Made by a program: the position numbers and the translations under genes. The notes under the pieces are model-generated. The model had not been told where the DNA came from and did not search any database. It saw only the letters and a program-made list of their open reading frames with translations. DNA of 62,836 bases, the filler included, from an uncultured bacterium (GTDB lineage: Bacteria > DAOPZR01): the NCBI GenBank assembly GCA_964637655.1. It is 6 parts of 6 records of this genome, joined end to end, with 100 filler letters (N's around TTAATTAATTAA, not from the genome) between each part and the next. Parts side by side here need not be neighbours in the genome. Positions count along the whole stretch, not along the records: positions 42,193 to 52,494 come from CAZWUZ010000128.1; 5 more parts are not named here. One strand, given 5' to 3'. This document shows, piece after piece, positions 42,193 to 51,201 of this stretch (within the stretch, counting starts at the first letter, position 1; each line of letters begins with the position of its first letter).

Positions 42193-42566
42193 CTTTCTTC
42201 TCGCGGCCACCTTTCCGTGCTGCGCACGGGCCCGGCCGCTCACAGTAGCCAACAGGGGCGGAGAAGGTATGAAAAAAACGATTTATCGGTGAGATCCGCA
42301 AGGAAACCAAAAAGTTTTTCCGCTAACCGTTTGGCTACCCGGTTTTCCGCCACTGGCGAAGGAATAATCGCATTATGAAGCCGGCTGTTGCCCGCACCTC
42401 CGTGTTACTTTATTTCATGCGTCAGCAGTCTCGTGGTCATTGCCATTCGCCTATGCCATTCGCCTATCCAACTCCTGCTGCACACCGTAGTCGCCACGAA
42501 AGCCCAATCCAATGTTGAATATTGCAGGTGATGGGCTGGAAAGTGCTAAGTGTCCCGCCTTTTTCC

Positions 42567-43355
42567 TCAGAGCAGCGGCACAATTTCACGTTCGATGACG
42601 GCGAAACCGTCGGTATAGTCATAGTCAACCCCGGCCGGCAGCAAATCCCCGAGGTCGGCGACGAATCCCTGGTGCAAGCGTTTCGCCGCCAGGTTCTCGC
42701 AGAACTCTGTCCGGCTGACTGCGTGCCCGGATAATTCCATGTATTTCCGGAAGATGCCGACCAGCCGTCGCGGCTCAGCCTTCCCTGCGGTCAGGCCAAG
42801 CCACAGATCGAACAGGTCGCGTCCTTTCCTGCGCTGATACAGCGCGCGCAGTTTGGTCGCCAGCAGTTCTTCCAGGCAGAAAGTCGGGATGTCACACTGC
42901 CCGGTGAACCACGGCGAAACTATGGCGAACGGCATCTGCTGCACGCCCTGCACGGCAAAATGCTCACGCGAGTTTATTTCCACCTTCAATTTCAGGGGAA
43001 TGGCCGGCGGAATCTCGGACACCATACGATACGTCAGTGTGACCACGCCCGGTCCCTGCTTCCGGCGCGGTATACCGAATATGGGCCGCAAAACCTCCCG
43101 CAGCGCGTCAAAGAGCGGCCCGACGGGCCCGGCCGCAAGCTGCACGAGGTCGATATCTTCCGAATAGCGGCGCGACGGTTTAAGAAACAGTTTATGCAGC
43201 GCCGTACCGCCGCGAAACGCCAGATGCTTTGCCAACACGGGATTGCTGAAAATCGCTACCAGCGCCCGGCAAATCAGCAGGTCCTGCTCGACCTGCGCGT
43301 CGGACCGCCATGGCGCATGCGACCGCCAGGCGTCTATATAGGCCCGCGGAATCAC
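42567..43355 (-). CDS. AbiEii/AbiGii nucleotidyltransferase toxin (type IV TA)
   Basis: QVEQDL, FRGGTALHK, RYSEDIDL, KLRALYQR.K.RDLFDL. Confidence 0.92.
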   Translation of the reverse strand: MIPRAYIDAWRSHAPWRSDAQVEQDLLICRALVAIFSNPVLAKHLAFRGGTALHKLFLKPSRRYSEDIDLVQLAAGPVGPLFDALREVLRPIFGIPRRKQGPGVVTLTYRMVSEIPPAIPLKLKVEINSREHFAVQGVQQMPFAIVSPWFTGQCDIPTFCLEELLATKLRALYQRRKGRDLFDLWLGLTAGKAEPRRLVGIFRKYMELSGHAVSRTEFCENLAAKRLHQGFVADLGDLLPAGVDYDYTDGFAVIEREIVPLL

Positions 43356-44167
43356 GGCAAATCGCCCTTGATTTCAGCATTTATCCAGAGGTTCCAGCGC
43401 TGATTGAATGGTGAACCCTTGATTGGAATTGCCGGCACGAGTTTCGCCGGCAGGGGATGCTGTCCGGAAACCCACTGTGCCAACCGGACTGCCTTGGCGG
43501 CAAAACCGTTCTGCTCAAGCAGCCAGCCCAGGCGCTGCGCGTAGGCGAGGTTGCCATCGAGTTTCGCCGCCGCCGCCAGTTTTGCCGGGTCAAGCGCCTC
43601 GCCGAGTTCCTGCAATACGGTCGCCACCCCGTCCAGTCCACCCACCCTGCGACTGAAGCGGATAAGGTCGAGCGCGGTCGCCTCCGGGGTCGAAACCGGG
43701 ATATAGCCGGCAACGCCCTTGACCCGCTGCACCGGGGTCTTCCCCATATCCTTTTTGACAAAAAAGCGGATACCGACCCCCCGGCAGACGATATCGCGCA
43801 ACGGTCGGTCGGTGACCACCTGATAGCGCTGCGGGCGCTGATGCGCGGCACCGTGATATTCAGCCGCGCTGAGCATACCGGTATAGAACGGTTGCTTGAG
43901 ATGCTCCAGCAACTGCACGATAAACCAGTCGGCGGGAATCACGCCGGTAGCGGCATGCTCCAAAGGCACGACAACATAAAACTGGCCGCGAACCCGGGCA
44001 ATCATCCTGCCTGCCGCCAAACGTCCGGCCGTGCGATTGAAGGCCTTATGCTTGAGGCCGAGAGCGCGCATGGCCTCGTCCCGGCTAAAGGCATAACGAC
44101 CACTTGCCGGCAGCGCCTTTACCCACTTTTCCAGGAGGCCATAGCGTCTGCGACCGGCCATTTTCAT
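43352..44167 (-). CDS. AbiEi antitoxin (type IV TA)
   Basis: FYVVVPLEH, YTGMLSAAEYHGAAHQRPQ, STPEATALDL; coupled to abiEii. Confidence 0.9.
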   Translation of the reverse strand: MKMAGRRRYGLLEKWVKALPASGRYAFSRDEAMRALGLKHKAFNRTAGRLAAGRMIARVRGQFYVVVPLEHAATGVIPADWFIVQLLEHLKQPFYTGMLSAAEYHGAAHQRPQRYQVVTDRPLRDIVCRGVGIRFFVKKDMGKTPVQRVKGVAGYIPVSTPEATALDLIRFSRRVGGLDGVATVLQELGEALDPAKLAAAAKLDGNLAYAQRLGWLLEQNGFAAKAVRLAQWVSGQHPLPAKLVPAIPIKGSPFNQRWNLWINAEIKGDLP

Positions 44168-44540
44168 ACCCTCGCGCGCAAATCGTTGTTTTCATATGGA
44201 TACATTATATGTAGTTATTTGTCAATTATAACTTATGGCTATAGTCGCGCATTCGTTGTTGGTCACGCCGCTACTTGCCCTGCTTATTCAGGCAGTAGCG
44301 AATGGCGCCATAGCCGGGCGACTTCGTCGCGACGCGCAGGTTGCCGTTCGCCGCCGCGATCGCCTCGCTAATTTTCTGTTCTTCCAGCGCCTTGAGCCCG
44401 CCACCCGCCGGCCTGACCGGTTCACCGGCCGCCCACAGAAGGACGCGTTCAGCAGCAGAAAAGGGCGCGGAGGCGGGGATTGAATGTCCTTCTATGGACT
44501 ATTGAATGTCCGACGCACTGCCCAGAATTACAGAAGGGCA

Positions 44541-44569
44541 TTGACGGCATGCGTGGTTGGTGGTACCAT
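44541..44569 (+). promoter_or_regulatory. Sigma70-type promoter of the DUF433-DUF5615 pair
   Basis: TTGACG-17 nt-TACCAT with TG extension. Confidence 0.65.
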
Positions 44570-44599
44570 AGTGTTGGCAAAAGGCTGAAGGGGGCGAAT

Positions 44600-44830
44600 A
44601 TGACCTTTACGCGGATTACCGTCGAAGCGGATAAGATGGGTGGGGTTCCCTGCCTGAGAGGTTTCCGTATCCCGGTAGCAACGGTCGTCGGCATGCTCGC
44701 TGACGGCATGGCGGAAAAGGAAATTCTGGCGGAATACCCGGACTTGCAGCACGAAGACATCAGCGAAGCCCTGCGTTATGCCGCGGCCGCAGTAGCAACG
44801 CGCGATCTGCCCATCGTAACCACGCAGTGA
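44600..44830 (+). CDS. DUF433 family antitoxin-like protein
   Basis: RIT....[14 protein letters not shown]...G....EIL.EYPDL..EDI.EALRYAA. Confidence 0.9.
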   Translation: MTFTRITVEADKMGGVPCLRGFRIPVATVVGMLADGMAEKEILAEYPDLQHEDISEALRYAAAAVATRDLPIVTTQ

Positions 44831-45201
44831 AATTCCTTATTGACAACGCGTTATCACCGACAGTGGCCGGTGTGCTTTCCGCCGCCGGTCATGACGCGGT
44901 GCATGTCAGGGAGTACGGCCTGCAGCAAGCAGCTGATGACGCGATATTTCAGCGCGCGGCGGCGGAACAGCGCATTATTATTTCAGCCGATACTGACTTC
45001 GGCACCTTGCTGGCCCGCCGCAATGAGCGGCAGCCATCGGTAATTCTCCTGAGGCGCCAGACCGGGCGAAGGCCGCAACAGCAGGGTGATCTGATCCTGG
45101 CTAATCTGAAAAGCATGGAGGCCCCGCTGGCCACCGGGACCATCGCCGTTCTTGATCAGGACCGTTTGCGTTTGCGCATGCTGCCCATTACCGGGAACTG
45201 A
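44827..45201 (+). CDS. DUF5615 PIN-like toxin
   Basis: [30 protein letters not shown] overlap with DUF433. Confidence 0.9.
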   Translation: MKFLIDNALSPTVAGVLSAAGHDAVHVREYGLQQAADDAIFQRAAAEQRIIISADTDFGTLLARRNERQPSVILLRRQTGRRPQQQGDLILANLKSMEAPLATGTIAVLDQDRLRLRMLPITGN

Positions 45202-45289
45202 TAAATCGCGAGAATACTGACCGGTGTTCACTGTTGTGTTGAACGCAATTTCCTGAACAGCAAGCGGAAGTTGCGAAGGAGAACGGCCG

Positions 45290-45598
45290 ATGACCATAAA
45301 GGGAGCCGCCCTGTTCCTGACGGCCGGTTTTGTCTGTGCGCTCGTCAGCGGATGGTACTCGTCCCCGTTTTGCTCCGGGGGGGAAGGCTACGGCTGGCCT
45401 CTGGCTTGGCTCCATCCGACCCATTATGAGCGCGGGGTAATCACACTGAGCCGGGATGGATATGCCTTTGACCCGATGCGGTTCGCGGGTGTTATCCTTG
45501 TATGGGGAACGGCCTGGACCTTGTTGTGGGCGGCCGGGCGATGGACGTGGTGCAAGACGCGAATCCCGCCAGGCGAGACAGAGCGGCAGGGCGAGTAG
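45290..45598 (+). CDS. Small membrane protein
   Basis: AAGGAG RBS; two hydrophobic segments, YGWP motif. Confidence 0.55.
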   Translation: MTIKGAALFLTAGFVCALVSGWYSSPFCSGGEGYGWPLAWLHPTHYERGVITLSRDGYAFDPMRFAGVILVWGTAWTLLWAAGRWTWCKTRIPPGETERQGE

Positions 45599-45648
45599 CA
45601 GCACCTCACCTTCATACAACTCAAGCGTGAGTCAACCAGCAATTTCAA
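45599..45648 (-). pseudogene. Stub of a DUF5615-like PIN toxin N-terminus
   Basis: TTG start overlapping the DUF433 stop gives MKLLVDSRLS, like [10 protein letters not shown], then loses similarity. Confidence 0.45.
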
Positions 45649-45896
45649 TGCTGGGTTCCGGTCAGAAGCGGTTCGATAGCTTCATTGCCCACCATGCGTG
45701 CGGCATAGAGCAGGCAGGCACGAACATCGTCATTTTCCAACCAGTCGAATTGCCGCACGATATCAGCTTCACTTGTGCCAGCCGCCAACATATCGAGCAC
45801 ATGCTCGACCGCCAGCCGTCGCCCGCGTATAATCGCCTTGCCACCGTATATCTCGGGATTAAATGTGATGCGTTCAAGCAATTGCTGTTCGGTCAT
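45645..45896 (-). CDS. DUF433 family antitoxin-like protein (second copy)
   Basis: LLERITFNPEIYGGKAIIRGRRLAVEHVLDMLAAG...DVRACLLYA. Confidence 0.9.
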   Translation of the reverse strand: MTEQQLLERITFNPEIYGGKAIIRGRRLAVEHVLDMLAAGTSEADIVRQFDWLENDDVRACLLYAARMVGNEAIEPLLTGTQH

Positions 45897-45910
45897 GACG
45901 TCACCTCGCA

Positions 45911-45939
45911 ATCATAGCGCGACGGACAACAACCGTCAA
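45911..45939 (-). promoter_or_regulatory. Sigma70-type promoter of the second DUF433 gene
   Basis: TTGACG-17 nt-TATGAT. Confidence 0.65.
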
Positions 45940-46055
45940 GTACCAACCCCCAAGGCAGCCTTTTTCCGAGTATAGCAGCAGGGAAATGGCGCGGCGGCGG
46001 GGATTGAATGAGGAGACGACATATCACGACGGCAGTACGGCAAAGCGTGGGCGAA

Positions 46056-46217
46056 TTAGACGGAAATTTGCTTCGGAGTGAGCCTGACGACCCTGCCGTT
46101 GCGGGAAACATAGATGCAGCGTCCGGCGCGCTTGTGTTCGCGCAGGGCGTCACGCACACCTTTGCGGATGCCGCGTAGCAGAATCTTTTTTTCTTCAGCT
46201 GCCGTTCGTGGTCCCAT
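46056..46217 (-). CDS. Small basic protein resembling the partner encoded next to zeta-toxin-like ATPases
   Basis: GAGG RBS; GVRDALREHKRAG..I.V.RNGRVV.L.P pattern recognised by eye. Confidence 0.55.
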   Translation of the reverse strand: MGPRTAAEEKKILLRGIRKGVRDALREHKRAGRCIYVSRNGRVVRLTPKQISV

Positions 46218-46314
46218 TGGTTCCTCGCTGAATCCTTTGCCAGAGTATAGCATCATGCACGGCAATTGCGGGGGAAGGTGTCGAACTTCCACATTGCCAC
46301 ATTCGCGTATGGGG

Positions 46315-46527
46315 CTATCCGCGCCAATTCTTCGCCGCACGCGCATATATCTCGTCCAGGCCCTGTCCCTGATACAGGCGACGGGACGCCTTCACATAGT
46401 CAACTTTATCGCCACGAAACAGAGATAGAAAGCGCGCGGCATTGGCAGAACCCAATGCCTTAGCCAACGCCTCCATCCCGCGCATTTTTATCGTCGTATC
46501 ACTGTTCGTCACGCGTCGTGTCATCAC
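46315..46527 (-). CDS. Small putative antitoxin downstream of the PIN gene
   Basis: GMEAL..ALG...A.RF......DY....R; ATGA overlap with the PIN gene. Confidence 0.75.
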   Translation of the reverse strand: MMTRRVTNSDTTIKMRGMEALAKALGSANAARFLSLFRGDKVDYVKASRRLYQGQGLDEIYARAAKNWRG

Positions 46528-46979
46528 ATTACCTCCCGCCTGAAATATTGTATTGGATCAACACATGCCAGCGGCAGGCGCAACCGATTTGCCCTCCGCA
46601 GCAGCATATCATCACACGATATAAAAAACGCCGCCTTCTCCACCACCGCAGCCGCCAAGTGCAATGCGTCTTTGGGCGATAACAATGCCTTTTGGCAATA
46701 TTCCTGTGCCAGCGTGTGTATCCTCTGCTTCGGCCCAACTCGTACCCGGCACAACCGCGACAGCCAGAAAACCACCTGTCGCCGGTCTTCAATCGGGCAT
46801 AACGCCGATTCATCCGCGTGCATGAACGACCAGATTAAGCGCACACGCCGCAATTCCGCCAGATCGAATATTTCATGGCAAGCCGTTGTTTCCATGCGGA
46901 TCCGCGCCTGACTCTGGTCATCCATCCCGCGCTGAAAACAATTTTAGTCAAGGTACAGGACTACGACTTTATGAGGCAT
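46524..46979 (-). pseudogene. PIN-domain toxin interrupted by an in-frame TAA
   Basis: AGGAG RBS, ATG 46979: MPHKVVVLYLD*NCFQRGMDDQSQARIRMET...DALHLAAA...FISCDD; TAA at 46944-46946. Confidence 0.85.
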
Positions 46980-47196
46980 CAGTCAACTCCTGTTTACAAT
47001 ATACCATAATTTCAATACCGCCCGGTGCGATGCCAATCCCGCCTTTTCGCTCGCGAGGTATTGCTGTTTCTTCATATCGCTATATTCTTCGTTGAAACCA
47101 GATTACCGTTTTCCAATTTCCACTCGCCAATACTGTCCTTGTATCCGTTGGTTTGCGTATAACCGAGTAGAGCAGTACTCCGCTGTCCACAAAGTT

Positions 47197-47225
47197 ATTG
47201 TACCACCGCTGCTGGCAGGCGTCAA
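47197..47225 (-). promoter_or_regulatory. Sigma70-type promoter without an adjacent recognisable ORF
   Basis: TTGACG-17 nt-TACAAT with TG extension. Confidence 0.6.
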
Positions 47226-47550
47226 CGGATATTTTGCTGACGGGCGGTACAGTGAAAAAAGCACCCTCCTGCGCCATACGTCTGGTATAATTGTATGGTC
47301 GGGAGGGAAGCCAACCGTCACTGTCGTTCCGGTTGCCCTTGCGGGGCGCGCGGCCGGGGTTGATGGCGGCCCTCCCCCACACAGCTTGTGCGGGAAGCGT
47401 TGCTGGCCGCATTCGTGGTTGTCGAACCGGGGCGCATCCGCTGCCGCAACCTGAAACCGAAGAAATAAGCATCTAAAGCAACGTTGTGGCATACTGGCAA
47501 AAGAAAGACCAACAGTCGCCCGGCCTTTACCCGGTGTCACTTGCGAGCAG

Positions 47551-47579
47551 TTGACAGGTGGCGGGGCGCCCGCTACAAT
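47551..47579 (+). promoter_or_regulatory. Sigma70 promoter, probably giving a leaderless mRNA
   Basis: TTGACA-17 nt-TACAAT, 6 nt before ATG 47586, no SD sequence. Confidence 0.75.
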
Positions 47580-47585
47580 CCGCTC

Positions 47586-48029
47586 ATGGAAACGCAACCG
47601 GACAATCAGGGCGTGCAGCCGATGCAGGTGGTGGCCGTCGTTGCCGGCTGGGCCACGGACATCGTCAGTACGCAGGTGTTCGGGGTTGCGCTCGGCCTGC
47701 TGCTTGGTCTCATCGCCGCGCTGAACAGCGACGTACTCGACATCGAAGCTCTGGCTGAATCGACGGGATTTTTGCTCTTTCTGCTTCCCTGCGGTCTTGC
47801 CTTTACCGTGCTGGGCGGCGGCATAGCGGGTGTCGTCGCGCGGCGCGACCCGGTCTGGCATGCGCTGGCGGCCGGCATCCTCTCGCTGCTGACGTCGATT
47901 CTCATGCTGCTGGGCGGTCATGAGCAGCCGTTCTGGTTCACGGTCACCGGCATCGTGCTGACGCTGCCGGCGGCGCTGCTGGGCGGTTTCTTCGCCGGGC
48001 TCATCAACCGCAAATTTAATCGCGCATAA
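47586..48029 (+). CDS. Small integral membrane protein (~4 TM)
   Basis: Four hydrophobic segments; GG..AG..ARR...HA; consensus promoter upstream. Confidence 0.75.
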   Translation: METQPDNQGVQPMQVVAVVAGWATDIVSTQVFGVALGLLLGLIAALNSDVLDIEALAESTGFLLFLLPCGLAFTVLGGGIAGVVARRDPVWHALAAGILSLLTSILMLLGGHEQPFWFTVTGIVLTLPAALLGGFFAGLINRKFNRA

Positions 48030-48041
48030 CGTCCCGTTTCT

Positions 48042-48086
48042 GAAAGTGTGTGTCCCCTTTTTCGAAAGTGTGTGTCCCCTTTTTTC
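48042..48086. repeat. Tandem 22-bp direct repeat GAAAGTGTGTGTCCCCTTTTT x2
   Basis: Two near-identical adjacent copies between convergent genes. Confidence 0.85.
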
Positions 48087-48828
48087 AGGAGACGTGTTCG
48101 CGGGGGCGGCGCTGCGGGTGGCGGGGCTGCAGCCATGACTCGAGCCGCGCGCGGTCAGCATTGAGCACCAGCTCCTCCGGGAATCCCGTCTCTGCCAGTG
48201 CGGCCATGCTCCCGCTGAAACAGCCGATCTGCCCCTGATGGTGCGCATCGCTGGTCACGATGACCGGCACGTCATGCTGCCGTCATAGCGCAAGCATACG
48301 GTGTAACTCCGCGCGGCAGTCGCCGCGATTGGTGAGGAAGGAGCGGTTGTTGAGTTCGCAGGCAACATTGGCGCGTGCGGCAGCGGCAATGACTGCCTCG
48401 AGGTCGACGGGAAAGTGCGGGTTGGCGACATGCGCGAGGCAGTCGACGGACGGGCGGGCGAGCGCGGCGAGTGTCGCCGCGGTGTTGGTCGCGGAATTAC
48501 CTTCACCATAGACGGTGTAGGGATGCAGCCCGATCAGGACGAAATCGAGTGCAGCGCGCAGGTGGTCATCGAGATCGAGCGTGCCCGCCGCATCGGTGAT
48601 ATTGACCTCGGCCCCCGCGAGGATGCGCACCCCGCTCAGTTCCTCGGGGACCAGCGAATTGCAGCGGAAGTAGAGGAAGGAGGGGGCGCCCGGGATGGCG
48701 GGCCCGTGGTCGGTGACCGCCATGAGTTCGAGTCCGCGCGCGGCGGCGGCAGCGGCATTTTCCGCGAGCGAGCCGAAGGCGTGCCCGCTGGCAATGGTAT
48801 GGGTGTGCATATCGGCAATGATGCGCAT
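48085..48828 (-). pseudogene. YcdX-like PHP phosphatase with an in-frame TGA (nonsense, sequencing error or recoding)
   Basis: DMHTHTIASGHA, TDHGP, GAEVNI, LAH..NP, ELNN, then MLAL*RQHDVPVIVTSDAH in the same frame; TGA at 48283-48285. Confidence 0.8.
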
Positions 48829-48902
48829 TATCGTCTCCCGCTTGTCTTTATCCGCTGCGCGGTGTATACACCCTGCAGGACAGGTCGTCAAGGAGCGGAG
48901 CA

Positions 48903-50087
48903 GTGCACACAGACATCGCGGCGCTGGCACAGCGGCTGGTGCGTGTGCCCGGCGTGACGGGGCAGGAAGGCGATATCGCGCGCGAATACTGCGCGGCGGC
49001 GCGAGCACTTGGGTTGCAGGCGGAGACGGATGCCGTCGGCAATGTCATCGTGCGCAAGCCGGGCCATGGCAGCGGACCGCGCCTCGCGCTGAGCGGGCAT
49101 CTCGACACGGTGCCGGCCGACCCGTCGCGCTGGACGGTCCCCCCCCACGCGGGACTCATCCGCGACGGCATGCTCTACGGGCGCGGGGCGGCGGACATGC
49201 GCGGCATGCTGGCGGTGCTGCTGGCGGTGGCGGCGGAGACGAAACGTGCGGGGGAGACGGTGATCATCGCCACGGCCGGCGAGGAGTTGTACGAAGGGGC
49301 GACACTCGGCCCGGCGCTCGACGCGGCAGCTCCGGATATACTGATCATCGGCGAGGCGACGGAGTGCGAACTGGCCATCGCGCAGCGCGGGCGCGCGGAG
49401 TACGACGTGCGCGCCTACGGGGTGCCGACCCACGCGTCACACGGGAAAACCGCGGCCAATCCGGTGGAACAACTGGCGGCGCTGGTGTCGCAGCTGCGTG
49501 AATTGCCGGCCACCGCGCGGCATCCGCTCTGCGGCGAGCGGGTCATCGTGCCGACCGATATCGGGATTGTCGCCGGGGGCGGACTCGACGGGCGGGGCGG
49601 GAACTCGACTGTGCCGGCGGAAGCGTATCTGACGGTGGAAGTACGGACGTTGCCGGGCGACAGCGAGGAGATGCTGACGTCGCTGCTGCAGCAGCAGGCG
49701 CAGGCGGCGGTGGCCGGACTCCCCGCGCCACCGCGCGCGCTGCGTGTCGCGATAGCCGAAACGGAGTTTCTCACCTGGACAGGGGCACGTCTGGCAGTGC
49801 GCAAGCATGCCCCGGCCTGGGAAACGGCGGCGGACATGCCCGCTATCGTGGCGGTGCAGCAGGCGCTGCGTGCGGCGGGGCAGGCCGGCACACTGCGCGC
49901 CTTTTCCTTCTGCACCGACGCGAGCGCGGCAGTGGCCTACCGGCAGCGTCATCCGGAAGCCCGACTCACGGTGTTCGGCTACGGGGCGGGACGCGAGGAT
50001 GCGGCGCATCGCGACGATGAGCATATCGCCATCGCGGCATTGCAGCAGGCGGCGCACGGGCTGCTGGCAATCAGCAACGCCCTCTGA
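48903..50087 (+). CDS. M20/M25/M40 metallo-hydrolase (ArgE/DapE-like)
   Basis: GHLDTVP, GRGAADMRG, GEE, IIGE, HAS, AHRDDE. Confidence 0.88.
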   Translation: MHTDIAALAQRLVRVPGVTGQEGDIAREYCAAARALGLQAETDAVGNVIVRKPGHGSGPRLALSGHLDTVPADPSRWTVPPHAGLIRDGMLYGRGAADMRGMLAVLLAVAAETKRAGETVIIATAGEELYEGATLGPALDAAAPDILIIGEATECELAIAQRGRAEYDVRAYGVPTHASHGKTAANPVEQLAALVSQLRELPATARHPLCGERVIVPTDIGIVAGGGLDGRGGNSTVPAEAYLTVEVRTLPGDSEEMLTSLLQQQAQAAVAGLPAPPRALRVAIAETEFLTWTGARLAVRKHAPAWETAADMPAIVAVQQALRAAGQAGTLRAFSFCTDASAAVAYRQRHPEARLTVFGYGAGREDAAHRDDEHIAIAALQQAAHGLLAISNAL

Positions 50088-50103
50088 CAGCGTGCGGTTG
50101 AGG

Positions 50104-51201
50104 TCAGGCGGCTGAGGCGAAAACCAGCGCGAGCCCGGTGGTGACGAAGATGACCGGCACGGCCCACGAAATGAAGTGGAAGAGCTGTTCCTGAACGAAC
50201 GGGCCGAACCAGCGGGCCGGGAGCCGGTAGCGGTAGAAGGCGACGGTGATGAGCAGGCCCGCCGCGAGGGCAACGTAGTTGAGGGCGATGAGACGGGTTA
50301 CCGTGTTGTCGACGGCGGCAACCGCAGGATACGCGGCCCCGATCGAAAAACTGAGGGCAATGACGGCGAAGAGCCCGCCAATTACGACGTTGGCCAGTTC
50401 AAAGGCCTCGACCGTGAACCCGCCTTCGCTGTCCGCCCGGTTCATCCAGGTGGCCATGAAGGGGATGAGCAGCGAGGCGAAGAGCGGGATGAAGATGGTA
50501 TAGATCGTACTGACTGCCTGACGCTGCACATCGAGCGTCGCGACGACGGTGGCGTAGCGGTCGCCATTCCACCCCTTGATCACATCCTTGCGCAGGTTGG
50601 CGAGACCCGGCACCCAGCCGTCAAAACTCAATTCGCGCGCCGCGCGGGTGAAATCCACGTCGGCGCGCCGGAAGCCGAGGTCGACGGCTTCGACTGCCTG
50701 TTCGTTGACGGCGATGGAGACCTGCAGTGGCTGATGGTCGAAAGGAAAACGCGCGACATCGACCGGGGTCTTGTACACGGCGGTGGTGCGCACGATCAGT
50801 TCGACTGTGCCGTCCGGCATGATGCGCAGACGGCGTTCGGTGAGTGACGGTTCACCGGTGCGGTTGAGGAAGCGGACCGGCGGCGTCCAGATCCGGGCAA
50901 TCCGGGCTTCGGCCGCGGACATGCGGTATTCCTTGTAGCCGTGCAGTCCCTCTGCGGCGGGATACCTGAGGCGCGGATCCTCCCAGGTGAGGCGCAGGTC
51001 GGTGGTCGCCTCGAACGTGCCCTGGTTGTCGTCGAAATATTCGACGTGATTGAAAAAGAGCGCGGTGCGCACGAGGACCGGCAGCCCCCGGCCCGTGGGG
51101 ATGGACTGCAGGGCGGCGGCGGTATCGGCCGCGGCGACAGCTGCCGGCAGCAGGAGGAGCGCAAGGCCGAGGAGAACCGGCCGGGCGAACAGGCGACGCA
51201 T
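50104..51201 (-). CDS. Prokaryotic pentameric ligand-gated ion channel (Cys-less Pro-loop receptor, ELIC/GLIC-like)
   Basis: Signal peptide; P..V, L.W.DPRL, IWTP....N, DG.V, RFPFD.Q (Pro-loop), W, QR pre-M1, four TM helices starting YTIFIPL. Confidence 0.85.
   Translation of the reverse strand: MRRLFARPVLLGLALLLLPAAVAAADTAAALQSIPTGRGLPVLVRTALFFNHVEYFDDNQGTFEATTDLRLTWEDPRLRYPAAEGLHGYKEYRMSAAEARIARIWTPPVRFLNRTGEPSLTERRLRIMPDGTVELIVRTTAVYKTPVDVARFPFDHQPLQVSIAVNEQAVEAVDLGFRRADVDFTRAARELSFDGWVPGLANLRKDVIKGWNGDRYATVVATLDVQRQAVSTIYTIFIPLFASLLIPFMATWMNRADSEGGFTVEAFELANVVIGGLFAVIALSFSIGAAYPAVAAVDNTVTRLIALNYVALAAGLLITVAFYRYRLPARWFGPFVQEQLFHFISWAVPVIFVTTGLALVFASAA

Noticed and set aside
42441-42467. 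13-bp tandem duplication TGCCATTCGCCTA x2
   Set aside because: Short, isolated and near a contig end; no evidence of function.
44235-44483. 82-aa ORF upstream of DUF433
   Set aside because: No SD sequence or recognisable motif; cannot be supported.
44400-47500. Integron cassette array explaining the TA cluster
   Set aside because: No convincing attC (RYYYAAC...GTTRRRY) structures or integrase seen, and genes lie in both orientations.
48042-48086. Mini CRISPR array
   Set aside because: Only two adjacent copies, no spacer and no cas genes.
46944-48285. Alternative genetic code explaining the two in-frame stops
   Set aside because: They are different codons (TAA and TGA), and both serve as normal terminators for many genes in the window.
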